DNA from: Planktothrix sp. GU0601_MAG3 | GTDB taxonomy: Bacteria > Cyanobacteriota > Cyanobacteriia > Cyanobacteriales > Microcoleaceae | Reading direction: 5' to 3' | DNA length: 64,000 nucleotides | Assembly: GCA_035193785.1 (NCBI GenBank) | Contig: CP136572.1 | Coordinates: forward strand, 4,884,578 to 4,948,577 | Shown: positions 36,001-46,901 of the stretch, one piece after another | How positions within the stretch are numbered: the first letter of the stretch is position 1 | Layout of the letters: the number at the start of each line of letters is the position of its first letter | Notes under the pieces: generated by a model | What the model saw: only the letters and a program-made list of their open reading frames with translations | Told to the model about the DNA's origin: nothing | The model's database searches: none | Made by a program: the position numbers and the translations under genes

Positions 36001-39000
36001 TACACTATTTGTATTTTCGCCATTATTCACACCCTCAATTAAAATTGACCCCGTATTACTTTGAATTTGACTCCCTCCAAATATTTCCACCGCCCGACTC
36101 TCAGGAACTGCCCCACTACGACCTTTTATATTAATAGCCCCACTGTTTAAACTATTAATTTGTGCGGTATTAATTACAATAATCCCATTACTATTACTCT
36201 CCGTACCATTGCCAGTTCCGGTTAAATTAATACTCCCTGTTCCTGATGATTGAATTAGACTATTTCCTAATAAAATACCCTGTCCACCAAAAGAAGATGA
36301 ACTCACTCCAGTTAAATTCAGATTTCCATTAAAAACCTCAATACTAGGGTTATCTAAAATAAAAATCCCGTGACTATCGGGGGTTTGACTACTACTACCC
36401 ACTAAAGTAATATCTCCGGTTCCCGTAGCAGTAATATTTCCGCCGCCAAAAAGGGCAATTCCATGACCACTATTTCCGGTAGCACCACCAAGTCCATCTA
36501 AACTAATATCCCCAGTTCCAGTAGAAACAATTGCGCCTCCGTCCCCAATAAAAATTCCTGGACTTAAAGCTAAACCCCGTCCCAAACCATTAATTAAAAT
36601 ATTGCCATCGGTAGTTTGTACCTGTGCATTTGCAATAAAAATTCCCTCGCTAATGTCACCCTCACCACCCACCCCCGATAGATTAATTGTCCCGCTTCCA
36701 GTGGTAGAAATAAGAGTGCCATTTAAGATAGAAAGACCATCACTATTATTTCCCGTGGCGTTATTATTTCCATTTAAGTCAATAATTCCTGTCCCCGTAG
36801 AAGCAATATTACTCTGACTCAGATAAACCCCCACACCACCATTGGTTTCCGGCGGTAGTTCCTGCTATTTGAATTGTGCCATCAACGGTTAAAATATTGC
36901 CTTGACTCAAATTTACCCCAAAACTATTTAATCCATTCTCACTATTTCCGGTTAAGTTAATATTCCCTGTTGTGCTTTGCAAGGTGGAATTATTATTAAT
37001 TAAAATTCCGATATTACTTGTTTGAAACCCTTGGCTATTACCAATAATATTAATTATTCCTGTGTCTGAGTTAATCGTAGATTGGTCTAACCAAACACCT
37101 ATATTTGTATCGGTTTGTGTGCCACTGGTTCCGGTTAAATTAACATCACCATTCCCCGAATTTAAGCTACTATTTGTTAGAAGAATCCCATGATTAAAAG
37201 GTTGGTTATCAACACCAATTCCATCTAGGGTGATGTTTCCCCCTAAACTATTAATTTGACTATTATCAATCCAAATTCCAGAACGAAAAAGCGAATTTCC
37301 TCGACCCGTTACGGTAAAAGCTCCTCGGTTTGTATCAATATTGGCATTACGAATAAAAACAGAACCATTATTATTATTGTCAAAATCCGCATTAAAATTG
37401 AGGTTTAATTTATCACTATCATTCGGGATACTATCACTAATAGTCTGTCCATCGAGAATAATATTCCCAGCCGCATTTAGGGTTAAACTTCTTTCCCCCC
37501 CAATTGCATTAAAATCTAAGGAGGTTTGAAAGGTAATATTCCCATCTTGGGAATTGGTTCCCACATCTCCGGTTTCGACAACAACATTCCCTTCACTGAG
37601 GGCTGATTTTAATATAGAAACACTTAATCTAGCATTATCATCGCTGGTATTAAATAGGAATTCCCCCGTGGGTAAAATATTTTGATTCAGGTTAGTATTT
37701 CCCCCCGTATCATCGACAATATCAATATTATTTGGGTCAATTAACCAGGTTCCTCCTAACCCTACGGGGGCGGAAATATCGGGAGCCCTGTTAATATCTA
37801 AAATACCGCGACTACTGGTTTCAACAAATCCGCCATTGCCATTTTGCATTCCCCCCCGCACTTGAATATCACCATAAACTTGAGTTAAATCCTCAGACCA
37901 AACAATAACTCGACCGCCATTTCCCGTGTCTAAAGCATTAGCATTAATAAAAGAATCGGCACTAATAAAGGTTTTTTGTGCCTGGGGAAAATCCCCCAAT
38001 CCTTTATAGTCTCCCCCGATTAAAACCGTTCCTCCTCCGGTTAACCCAGAGGCATTCAAGGTACTATTAATTATTCCTATTCTATCCCCCGTTAACTGAA
38101 GATTCCCCCCGGTTTGGGTGGGGGAACTGACATCAATTGTTCCCGATAAAATAGTGGTTCCTGGTTCGGTGGGAACCGTAATTCCCGAAGCGGTTAAAAC
38201 TACATTTCCCTGTTCATTAACCTTAACTTGATTAGCAGTTACCGAAGTTCCTCCGGTGAGTAATTCAGGTAAGGATAGGGCGGTAAAGGTGGAATTATTT
38301 GGGGGAATATCTGAAGTTAATTCTAAATTTAATAGGTGTCCTTCCTGGGAAAGTCTAACTGAATTTTCCCCGGTCACCGATGCAATTGTAATTTTTCCGG
38401 CGGGGGCAGAAATTGTTCCGGTATTTAAAACAGTTCCTGCTAATAATGTTATATTCTCCCCCGGGGAAACCGTGAGATTTCCTAAATTAACTAAACTCCC
38501 AGGATTTTCGGAATTAAATACAAAATCCCTGGGAGTTCCCACTAAGGTTTGCCATTGATTTTCCCCAATAGCTTGAAACCAATTTTGATTCCCAAATCCA
38601 ATACTATTTGCGGTGGTCGCAGTAAAAGAGGCGGGAATATTTAAACTGGCACTTTCCCCAAAAACAATTCCCGCCGGATTGATTAAAAATAGGTTAGAAT
38701 TTCCTCCAGTAACTTGAATTAACCCATTAATAAAAGAGGCTTCTCCCCCGGTGACTCGTCCTAAGATATTCTGAATTTGAGGATGGGAAATAAAATTGAG
38801 AATTTGCCCCTGGGAGAGTCCTAACTTTTCAAAACTATGGAATAAATTTGCCCCATTTCCCGATAAACTGCCGCCATTAATATTAAACTGATTTCCCTGA
38901 TGGGTGACTTGGGTTCCGGTTCCATCCTGTGCCGGAATAATCATTTGTGCCGTGATTGCAGTGGGAAATAGGCAAACCAACAGCACCGATGGAAACCATG

Positions 39001-39034
39001 ACCCGGGGAGTGAATAGAACCGGAATTTTTGCAC
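30093..39034 (-). CDS. Giant (~2,980 aa) filamentous-haemagglutinin/TPS-domain protein with C-terminal CHAT peptidase; five apparent +1 errors (36845, 35740, 34434, 33200, 32321)
   Basis: Signal peptide; NLFHSF, NLFLINPAGIVFG TPS domain; GG.I.L repeats; HLATHADF and LSACRTA dyad; HPYYWSGF; successive ORF frames each differ by exactly one base. Confidence 0.88.
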
Positions 39035-39227
39035 AAGGTTGTAACTTGGGGAGGCGCGTTTGTTTCCGATTCATGTTTCCAACCTATCCAGAGAAAGTTG
39101 TCTCTATCCTAGGCTAATTTTTCCTAAATAGCAACTCTTAATCTTGATAATAAATCATAAATCTTTATAAAAATTATCCCCTTCTATAGTAAACTAAGAA
39201 AATGCACTCAATCCCGTCTAATCATCA

Positions 39228-39854
39228 ATGGATCAACATCAACATCCGGTAATTCTGAAGGAGTCTGTAGCCACAACAGACTTAACAACACTGCGCCATT
39301 GGCTACTAGATTTATTTTGTCAACTCGCCTATAAAGAAGGAGATTTTATACTTTCTTCTGGTCAACCGAGTTCCTACTATATTAATGGGAAACAAGTCAC
39401 TTTGCATCCCCATGGAGCCCTAGCCATCGGCCGTTTGTTATTAGCAATGTTACCCGAAGATACCCAAGCGGTGGCCGGATTGACCCTGGGGGCTGACCCG
39501 ATGGTCTCGGCGGTAAGCGTGGTTTCCGCCTATCAAAATCGGCCGGTTTTTGCCCTAATTGTGCGTAAGGAAGCCAAAGGACACGGAACCCAAGCCTATA
39601 TTGAGGGGCCAACTTTACCCCCGGGAGCCCAAGTGGTGGTCTTAGAAGATGTGGTGACCACCGGACAGTCGGCGATGAAAGCGGTTCAACGCCTACGCGA
39701 TGGGGGATATCAAGTTAATCATATTATCGCCTTAGTTGACCGACAACAGGGGGGCGGGGAACTCTATCAGCAGGAAGGCCTAGAATTTCAGAGTCTATTT
39801 ACGATAGATGAATTAAAAGCCCATAATGCTAGTAGCAATTGTGCCAAAATGTGA
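39228..39854 (+). CDS. pyrE: Orotate phosphoribosyltransferase
   Basis: LSSGQPSSYYINGK, RKEAKGHG, VLEDVVTTG. Confidence 0.95.
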   Translation: MDQHQHPVILKESVATTDLTTLRHWLLDLFCQLAYKEGDFILSSGQPSSYYINGKQVTLHPHGALAIGRLLLAMLPEDTQAVAGLTLGADPMVSAVSVVSAYQNRPVFALIVRKEAKGHGTQAYIEGPTLPPGAQVVVLEDVVTTGQSAMKAVQRLRDGGYQVNHIIALVDRQQGGGELYQQEGLEFQSLFTIDELKAHNASSNCAKM

Positions 39855-39910
39855 TATTCTCCTGAGTATTTTCAATTTCGCGACATACCATCCCTTCCCA
39901 AAAATTATCG

Positions 39911-40433
39911 ATGAACAGCAAACATTTAATCTTGCCTGGATTTGCGCTTTTGTTGGGTACAGTGTTCCTGGGAAACTGCGGTTGCTAGGGAACTCACCGC
40001 AGAGGAGAAAACAGTAGTTTGTAAACTCAAAGAAGTAGTTAAGGATGCCGGGAGAGACGGTTTTGAATTGGCATTTTGGCCGATTGTTCGCAAGGGGCCA
40101 GCGAAGGCAAATGCTCCCCTAACCATCAGGCTTGATCCTGCTATAGAATATTTATTTGTTGGCTATTGTGACGAAAATTGTACCGATGTAAATCTAAGTA
40201 TAAAAACCCTGGATGGGAAGGTTTTACAATCGGAGAAAGATACATTATCCGTTATGCCATTTAAACCCCCGGCTGCTAATATTTATGAACTTAATCTAAA
40301 TATGACTAGCTGTAGCAAGAAAGATGGATGTGTTTATGGAATTGGTATTTTAGCACCCAAAGGAGTCAAGGTTCCCTATGCCCCATCCTTACCCAAAGAC
40401 CTTGCTAAATTTGAGTTTTGCCAATCAAACTAA
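39911..40433 (+). CDS. Secreted Cys-containing hypothetical protein; apparent +1 error at 39972
   Basis: Restored signal peptide MNSKHLILPGFALLLGTVFLGTAVA; G.CDENC.D.. motif. Confidence 0.7.
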
Positions 40434-40443
40434 TCAGTCATCA

Positions 40444-40471
40444 GTAGAGACGTGCCATGGCGCGTCTCCAC
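40444..40471. repeat. GTAG-type REP-like palindrome
   Basis: gtagagacgtgccatggcgcgtctccac between convergent genes. Confidence 0.65.
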
Positions 40472-40496
40472 TAGCCACCAGTTATCAGTATAGGAT

Positions 40497-41744
40497 TTAA
40501 GATTTCTCGTTACTGTTAACTGTTAAATGATTAACGACGCAGAATTTTTCCACACAACGCACAAACATTTCTACACCTATTGCTAAGGCATTTTCATCAA
40601 AATCAAAACGGGGATGATGATGGGGAAAATCTAAATTTTGATCCGAATTTGCCGAACCTAAAAAGAAATAACAACCCGGAACTTCTTGGAGAAAATAGGA
40701 AACATCTTCCGCCGCCATGGTTTGGCATTCTGGCACAACTCCGGCGGGAGTTTCAACTAAAGTTTCCGCCACACTTTTTACCAACTCCGTGACCCGTTTG
40801 TCATTAATCACCGGAGGATATAAAGAGGCATAATTGAGTTCATAACTTGCCCCATGACTTTGGCAAATTCCGGCAATAATTTGTTCAACTCGACTCCCAA
40901 AAAATCCCTTATAGGTAGGATTAAAATAGCGCACTGTTCCCAACATTTTCGCACTATCAGCAATCACATTATCGGTTTTTCCCGCCTGAAGGGAACCCAC
41001 ACTAATAACGGCTGCATCTAAGGGATTAACATTCCGAGAAACAATGGTTTGTAGGGCTAAAACAATATGGGAAGCCACAACAATTGAATCAATAGTTTGA
41101 TGGGGAATCGCACCATGTCCGCCCTTTCCATAAATTGTACATTGAAATTTTTCTACCGCCGCCATTAACGCCCCGCTATGGACTCCAATAGTTCCCAAGG
41201 GTAAATTATTCCACAAATGTAATCCAATTAAAGCATCCACATTAGGGTTCTTTAAAACCCCCGCTTCAATCATCGGTTTAGCTCCCCCTGGCCCTTCTTC
41301 GGCGGGTTGAAAAATAATTTTAACTAACCCTTGAAAACTATGGCGATGATGGGCTAAATAATAAGCAGTTCCTAAAGCAATCGCCGTATGACCATCATGG
41401 CCGCAGGCGTGCATAATTCCCTGATGTTGAGATTTATAGGGAACATCATTTTCTTCTTGAATTGGTAAGGCGTCTAAATCGGCGCGAATTGCTAAAACTG
41501 GCCCGGGTTTTCCACTATCAATAATAGCCACAATTCCGGTCTTGGCAATTCCAGTTTCATGCTCAATTCCCCATTCTTTCAGTTTTTCGGCAATAAATTC
41601 CGCCGTTAAGGTTTCCTTAAATCCCAGTTCGGGATACTGATGTAAATGGCGTCTCCATTCTCTTAACAGGGGTTGTAAGTTACGGATATCCAGTCGCAAT
41701 TGTGAGATATTAACTGAGTTTAAGCTGGGAATTGTAAAGACCAT
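40497..41744 (-). CDS. M20 amidohydrolase (N-acyl-L-amino acid amidohydrolase)
   Basis: RADLDALP, MHACGHDGH, FQPAEEG, HHHPRFD. Confidence 0.93.
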   Translation of the reverse strand: MVFTIPSLNSVNISQLRLDIRNLQPLLREWRRHLHQYPELGFKETLTAEFIAEKLKEWGIEHETGIAKTGIVAIIDSGKPGPVLAIRADLDALPIQEENDVPYKSQHQGIMHACGHDGHTAIALGTAYYLAHHRHSFQGLVKIIFQPAEEGPGGAKPMIEAGVLKNPNVDALIGLHLWNNLPLGTIGVHSGALMAAVEKFQCTIYGKGGHGAIPHQTIDSIVVASHIVLALQTIVSRNVNPLDAAVISVGSLQAGKTDNVIADSAKMLGTVRYFNPTYKGFFGSRVEQIIAGICQSHGASYELNYASLYPPVINDKRVTELVKSVAETLVETPAGVVPECQTMAAEDVSYFLQEVPGCYFFLGSANSDQNLDFPHHHPRFDFDENALAIGVEMFVRCVEKFCVVNHLTVNSNEKS

Positions 41745-41807
41745 CGGTGTGCAGAAAATCTAAAAACTATATCAAGACCTAAAATTAATTATAACATTAT
41801 TTTTTTT

Positions 41808-42368
41808 AATATCCGTAGGGGCGGGTTCCGAATTAATCTTTCAACCGCACAAATAATCTACCTAAACCCGCCCCTACAGTTGATGGGGAATTTTAAAATT
41901 AACTGATTTTTGATTAATTAAAAATAGTAATATCCGTAGGGGCGGGTTCCAAATTAATCTTTCAATCGCACAAATAACCTACCTAAACCCGCCCTCTCAA
42001 CTGCTGGATTAGGGCGGGTTTTTTTAGATTATTTGTGCTTAACATAAATTCTGACCGGGGGTTGGGGCGGGTTTTTTTAGATTATTTGTACTTAACATAA
42101 ATTCTGACGGAAACCCGCCCCTACGGTTGACGGGGAATTTTAAAATTAACTGATTTTTGACTAATTAAAAATAGTAATATCCGCAGGGGCGGGTTCCAAA
42201 TTAATCTTTCAATCGCACAAATAACCTACCTAAACCCGCCCTCTCAACTGCTGGATTGGGGCGGGTTTTTTTAGATTATTTGTGCTTAACATAAATTCTG
42301 ACGAAACCCGCCCCTACGGTTGATTAGGGATTTTAAAATTAGCTAATTTTTGATTAATTAAAAATAGT
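41808..42368. repeat. Composite tandem array of GTAGGGGCGGGTT...AACCCGCCCCTAC REP-like palindromes (three units)
   Basis: Units start at about 41808, 41929 and 42176; near-identical internal sequences. Confidence 0.9.
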
Positions 42369-43034
42369 TTCTATATCTAAATCCGCAGCAATTTGAGTCA
42401 GTTTTTCTCGATCAGTTGGTGTGTCAAGATGGGGCAAAATTCCTAAAATTGGGACTTGTGTTAAAGATTCTATTAGATGGATAGGAGTCCAATTTGACCT
42501 ATCCTGTTGAGAAGTAGGTTCGACACAATTTAAGACCAAACCTTTCAGAAATACCCCCGTTTGTCGAGCTAAAGCCACATTAGCCACCGCCTGAGCGATC
42601 GCACCTAAACGCACAGGAACCACTAAAATAGTTGGTAAATGCCAATCCCGTGCCAAATCAGCAACTATCAATTCATCAGTCACCGGAGAACCTAAACCCC
42701 CCAACCCTTCTATTAATACAAAATCCCGACTCTGTTGTAACTGACATAACTGCAACCAAACTAACTTTAAATCGACTATTTTTCCTTCTAAATTCGCCGC
42801 AATTGGAGGAGCAAGAGGAGCTTCAAAATGCAAAGGATTAATCTCGGCAATCGACTGATTTAAAGCAAAAAGTTGAGTATATAATTCCCGATCGCCAATT
42901 CCCGTTTGAATCGGTTTAAAAACTCCTAAACTTCGAGATAAATAATAGGTTTGCCAATAGGAAATTAATGCCGTTGTCAATAGGGTTTTGCCCACATTAG
43001 TATCAGTGCCCGCAATCAATAAAGTCTTGTTCAT
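42354..43034 (-). CDS. bioD: Dethiobiotin synthase
   Basis: GTDTNVGKT, KPIQTG, EGLGG. Confidence 0.94.
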   Translation of the reverse strand: MNKTLLIAGTDTNVGKTLLTTALISYWQTYYLSRSLGVFKPIQTGIGDRELYTQLFALNQSIAEINPLHFEAPLAPPIAANLEGKIVDLKLVWLQLCQLQQSRDFVLIEGLGGLGSPVTDELIVADLARDWHLPTILVVPVRLGAIAQAVANVALARQTGVFLKGLVLNCVEPTSQQDRSNWTPIHLIESLTQVPILGILPHLDTPTDREKLTQIAADLDIETIFN

Positions 43035-43200
43035 AATTCTCACCAGTAACGACTCAACAAATAAAATATTACACCCTTATAATTTTCCCATAGAACCTGT
43101 TATATTAGAAAAATAAAATTCACTCCGTAAAAATCCAGCGATGGTGTAGGTAGTGATTCACTAAGTTGCGATCGCTAATTTCCTCAGCCCAAATCCGAAT

Positions 43201-45845
43201 ATGAATCAAACAAATCCCCTATTCCCAGAAACAGTAGATCTAACTAACTGTGATCGAGAACCAATTCACATCCCCGGATTGATTCAGAGTCACGGAATAC
43301 TTTTTGTTTTACAAGAAACCTCAGCTAGAAATATTACAAGTTAGCAACAATACTTTTCCGATTCTCGGTATTCACCCCCAAGAAATCTTAGGAAAAAAAT
43401 TAAAGCAAATTCTCAAATCACTATTAATTAAGCAAATTCAGAAAAAATTAGCTGAAGAACTAGGAACAATTAATCCGCTCAAATTATCTATTAATACTCC
43501 CAAAGGAAAACAGTTGTTTGATGGGATTCTTCATCGTTCTGATGGGTTGCTTATTCTGGAATTAGAACCCGTTACCTCAAAAGAATTTAGTGATTTTTTG
43601 AGTCTCTATCATTTAGTTCAAACACCAATTGCCAAAATTCAAAAAACCTTCAATCTGAATGATTTATGTCAAGTGATCGTCGAACAAGTGCGGAAACTGA
43701 CGGGATTTGACCGAGTGATGATCTATCAATTTGATCCAGAAGACTCAGGGACGATCATTGCTGAAAATAAGTTAGAAGAATTAGTTCCCTATCTGGGTTT
43801 ACACTATCCAGCTTCAGACATTCCCCGGCAAGCAAGGCAATTATATAAGCTGAATTTAGTTAGGTTAATTCCCGATGTAAATTACCAACCTGTAGAACTA
43901 ATTCCTGTTAATAATTCAGTTACAAATCAGCCTATTGATCTCAGTCTTAGTATTTTAAGAAGCGTTTCTCCCATACATATTGAGTATCTTAAAACTATGG
44001 ATATGGGCGTTAAAGCTACGATGACAATTTCGTTAATGCGGAATCAACAACTCTGGGGACTAATTGCTTGTCATCATCAATCGCCGAAATATATTCCATA
44101 TCAAATCCGTACTGCTTGCGAACTTTTAGGAAAAGTCATGTCTTTAGAACTGACTTCCAAACAAGATAATGAAACCTTAGATTACCGGATAAAATTAAAC
44201 TCAATTCAGTCTAAATTTGTCGAAGCGATTTCCCATGAAGATAATTTTGTAGATGGTTTACTAAAGGAGAAAACTAATTTATTAGAGTTAGTAGGTGCTC
44301 AAGGGGCAGCCATTTTTGCTGATAAAAATTTAACCATCATTGGTCAAACGCCCACATTGGCTGATATTGAAAAATTAATAAATTGGTTAACAAAAACAAT
44401 TAAGCAAGATATTTTTTATACAGATTCTTTACCTAAATTATATCCAGCCGCCGAGAAATTCAAACAAGTTGGCAGTGGGGTGCTGGTGCTTCCCATAGAT
44501 AATATACAAAAGCATTATGTTTTGTGGTTTCGTCCTGAAGTTATTCAGACGGTAAATTGGGCAGGTGATCCGAATAAGCCCGTGGAAGTTGAACAGAATG
44601 GAGAGCGGCGTCTAACCCCTCGTAAATCCTTTGATCTGTGGCAAGAAACGGTGCGATTTAAGTCTTTACCTTGGCAGCAATGTGAAATCGAAATCGCTTT
44701 AGAACTCAGAAGTGCAATTGTCGGAATTGTCCTACGGAAAGCTGCTCAAATCTCCAAAGTTAATCAACAATTAACCTTAGCTTTATCAGCAGTGAAAATG
44801 GGAATTTGGGATTGGGATTTGCTGATAAATCAGATTGTTTGGTCAAGCCGTCATGAGGAGTTATTTGGGTTGAAACCCGGAACCTTTGATGGCACTTTTG
44901 ACACCTTTGAATCTTGCATTTATCCAGAAGACCGAGCCCCGACCGCTTTAGCCGTAGAGCAAGCCCGCCTGGAAAGGCATGATTATCAGCATCAATTCCG
45001 AGTAGTTTGGGCTGATGGTAGTATCCACTGGATTGAGGCGAAGGGCAAATTTTTCTATGACAGCGATGGTAATGGGGTGCGGATGCTGGGGACGGTGGTG
45101 GAAATTAGCGATCGCAAAACCAGAGAAGCCCAACTCCGCCTGCTAGAATCCGTTGTCATCTCAACTAATGATGCCGTCGTGATTACCGAAGCCGAACCCA
45201 TTAGGAAACCTGGCCCCCGGATTATTTACGTCAATCCCGCCTTTACCCGCATGACCGGATACACCCCAGAAGAAGTTTTAGGTAAAACCCCACGGATTTT
45301 ACGCGGGGAAAAAACAGACCCGACAGTTTTAGCTCGACTTCACACAGCCCTGCAAAACTGGCAACCCCTGCAAGTTGACCTGATCAATTATCGTAAAGAT
45401 GGCTCCCATTTCTGGGTGGAAGTCAGTATTGTACCCGTTGCTGATGAAAAGGGCTGGTATACCAATTGGGTAGCAGTGCAGCGAGATATTACCGAACGCA
45501 AACAAGCTGAAGCCGCTTTACAGCAACTAAATCAGGAGTTAGAAATTCGAGTACAACAGCGAACTCAATCCTTAGAACGAACTCAAGCAGCCTTACAACA
45601 GCAAATCGAACGAGAAACGGTTAATGGTGGCAGTTGCCCAACAAATCCGTATCTCCCTAAACCTAACGGAAATCCAGATTATCCAATCCAGATTATCCAA
45701 TCCAGATTATCCAATCCAGATTATCCAATCCAGATTATCCAATCCAGATTATCCAATCCAGATTATCCAATCCAGAGATCCAGCGGTTGAAACCGTGGCT
45801 ACACAAACCAAACCCGCCTGCGCGGGTTTTAAACCCTTGATCTAA
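43201..45845 (+). CDS. Bacteriophytochrome-type sensor (PAS-GAF-PHY-PAS-PAS), truncated at the start of a second GAF; apparent +1 errors at 43315 and 45614
   Basis: DLTNCDREPIHIPG, GFDRVMIYQF, PASDIP, RSVSPIH, LWGLIACHH, PRKSF; no HisKA or HATPase. Confidence 0.85.
45671..45776. repeat. 14-bp tandem repeat AATCCAGATTATCC x7.5
   Basis: Counted directly. Confidence 0.95.
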
Positions 45846-45960
45846 CCCCCCGCATTTCCTCAATTTGTTGTTTTAAAATTTATGCTGTAATGATTTCACT
45901 AAGTTGAATTCAATTAGCCCTCATGGGTCTCTGGCGATGCCGGGGGCGATAACAAACATT

Positions 45961-46362
45961 ATGAGTATGATAGATATTAATGCCAAACGAATTTTATTTA
46001 TTGATGATGAATCCCATATCCGACAAGTCGTGAAAGCCTGTCTGGAATCCCTAGGGGGTTGGAATGTATTATTGGCAGCTTCAGGTCAAGAAGGTTTATC
46101 TAAAGCAGTTTCTGAGCAACCTGATGCCATCCTAATGGATTTAATGATGCCAGAAATGGATGGTTTGGTTCTATTGCAACAACTACAAACCAATTCCGCC
46201 ACTCAGTCCATCCCGGTGGTATTTTTAACCGCCAGAAAGAGTTTTACTGAACCGCAAAGGTTTGAAGCCTTGGGAGTTAAGGGTGCGATCGCTAAACCCT
46301 TTAATTCTCTGACTCTAGTTCCCCAAATCGCCAAAGCTCTCGGCTGGAAACTGGAAACCTAA
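45961..46362 (+). CDS. Single-domain response regulator (CheY/RcaF-like)
   Basis: ILFIDDE, LMDLMMP, FLTA, AKPF. Confidence 0.9.
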   Translation: MSMIDINAKRILFIDDESHIRQVVKACLESLGGWNVLLAASGQEGLSKAVSEQPDAILMDLMMPEMDGLVLLQQLQTNSATQSIPVVFLTARKSFTEPQRFEALGVKGAIAKPFNSLTLVPQIAKALGWKLET

Positions 46363-46365
46363 AGT

Positions 46366-46456
46366 AATTACGAATTACGAATTACGAATTACGAATTACG
46401 AATTACGAATTACGAATGGGTAATGGGTAATGGGTAATGGGTAATGGGTAATGGGT
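46366..46456. repeat. STRR (AATTACG)n fused to (AATGGGT)n
   Basis: Tandem copies visible. Confidence 0.9.
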
Positions 46457-46542
46457 TGAAACGTTTTACAGAAAACTCAAAAAAAAATTACCCTCAAAGT
46501 TTCCTCAACTTTCTATCGTAATCTTTAAAGTATAGGAACTTC

Positions 46543-46570
46543 CTATAGCACCTATTTAGGATTGTTATAG
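46543..46570. mobile_element. Collapsed remnant of the 20127-20257 MITE family
   Basis: ctatagca joined to cctatttaggattgttata (18/19 match to the reverse complement of the MITE left end). Confidence 0.55.
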
Positions 46571-46639
46571 TTCTTGTTCACATAAAAACAACCTATAAAA
46601 ATTTCGATTCCATATTTTAAGGAGTGAAAAGATCATAAA

Positions 46640-46852
46640 ATGCCAATTTCTACTTGCCCTTGTTGCTCTGATACTTTAGTTAGGCATATTCGCTCCAGAG
46701 AAGTTTACTGGTTTTGCCGACATTGTTATCAAGAAATGCCTGATTATGATAGTCTTTTAGGTAACTTACCAGAAACAGCCACCCACCCGAGTCTCTACAG
46801 TAGCTTAACTAAAGTTAATACTGCTAAACAAAAAACTTTAGTTTTCAATTAA
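46640..46852 (+). CDS. Small zinc-ribbon protein
   Basis: CPCCS..L.RHIR....YWFC.HC.QEMP; AAGGAG upstream. Confidence 0.8.
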   Translation: MPISTCPCCSDTLVRHIRSREVYWFCRHCYQEMPDYDSLLGNLPETATHPSLYSSLTKVNTAKQKTLVFN

Positions 46853-46901
46853 TTGTAAACTTTGAGGCTCGTTGGGGGAAAAAAAGCAGGAATCAGTTCC
46901 C

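Noticed and set aside
31665..38558. Plus-strand hydrophobic ORFs
   Set aside because: Antisense shadows of the Asn/Thr/Gly-rich haemagglutinin gene.
45671..45776. CRISPR or iteron array
   Set aside because: Head-to-tail 14-mers with no spacers and no rep gene nearby.
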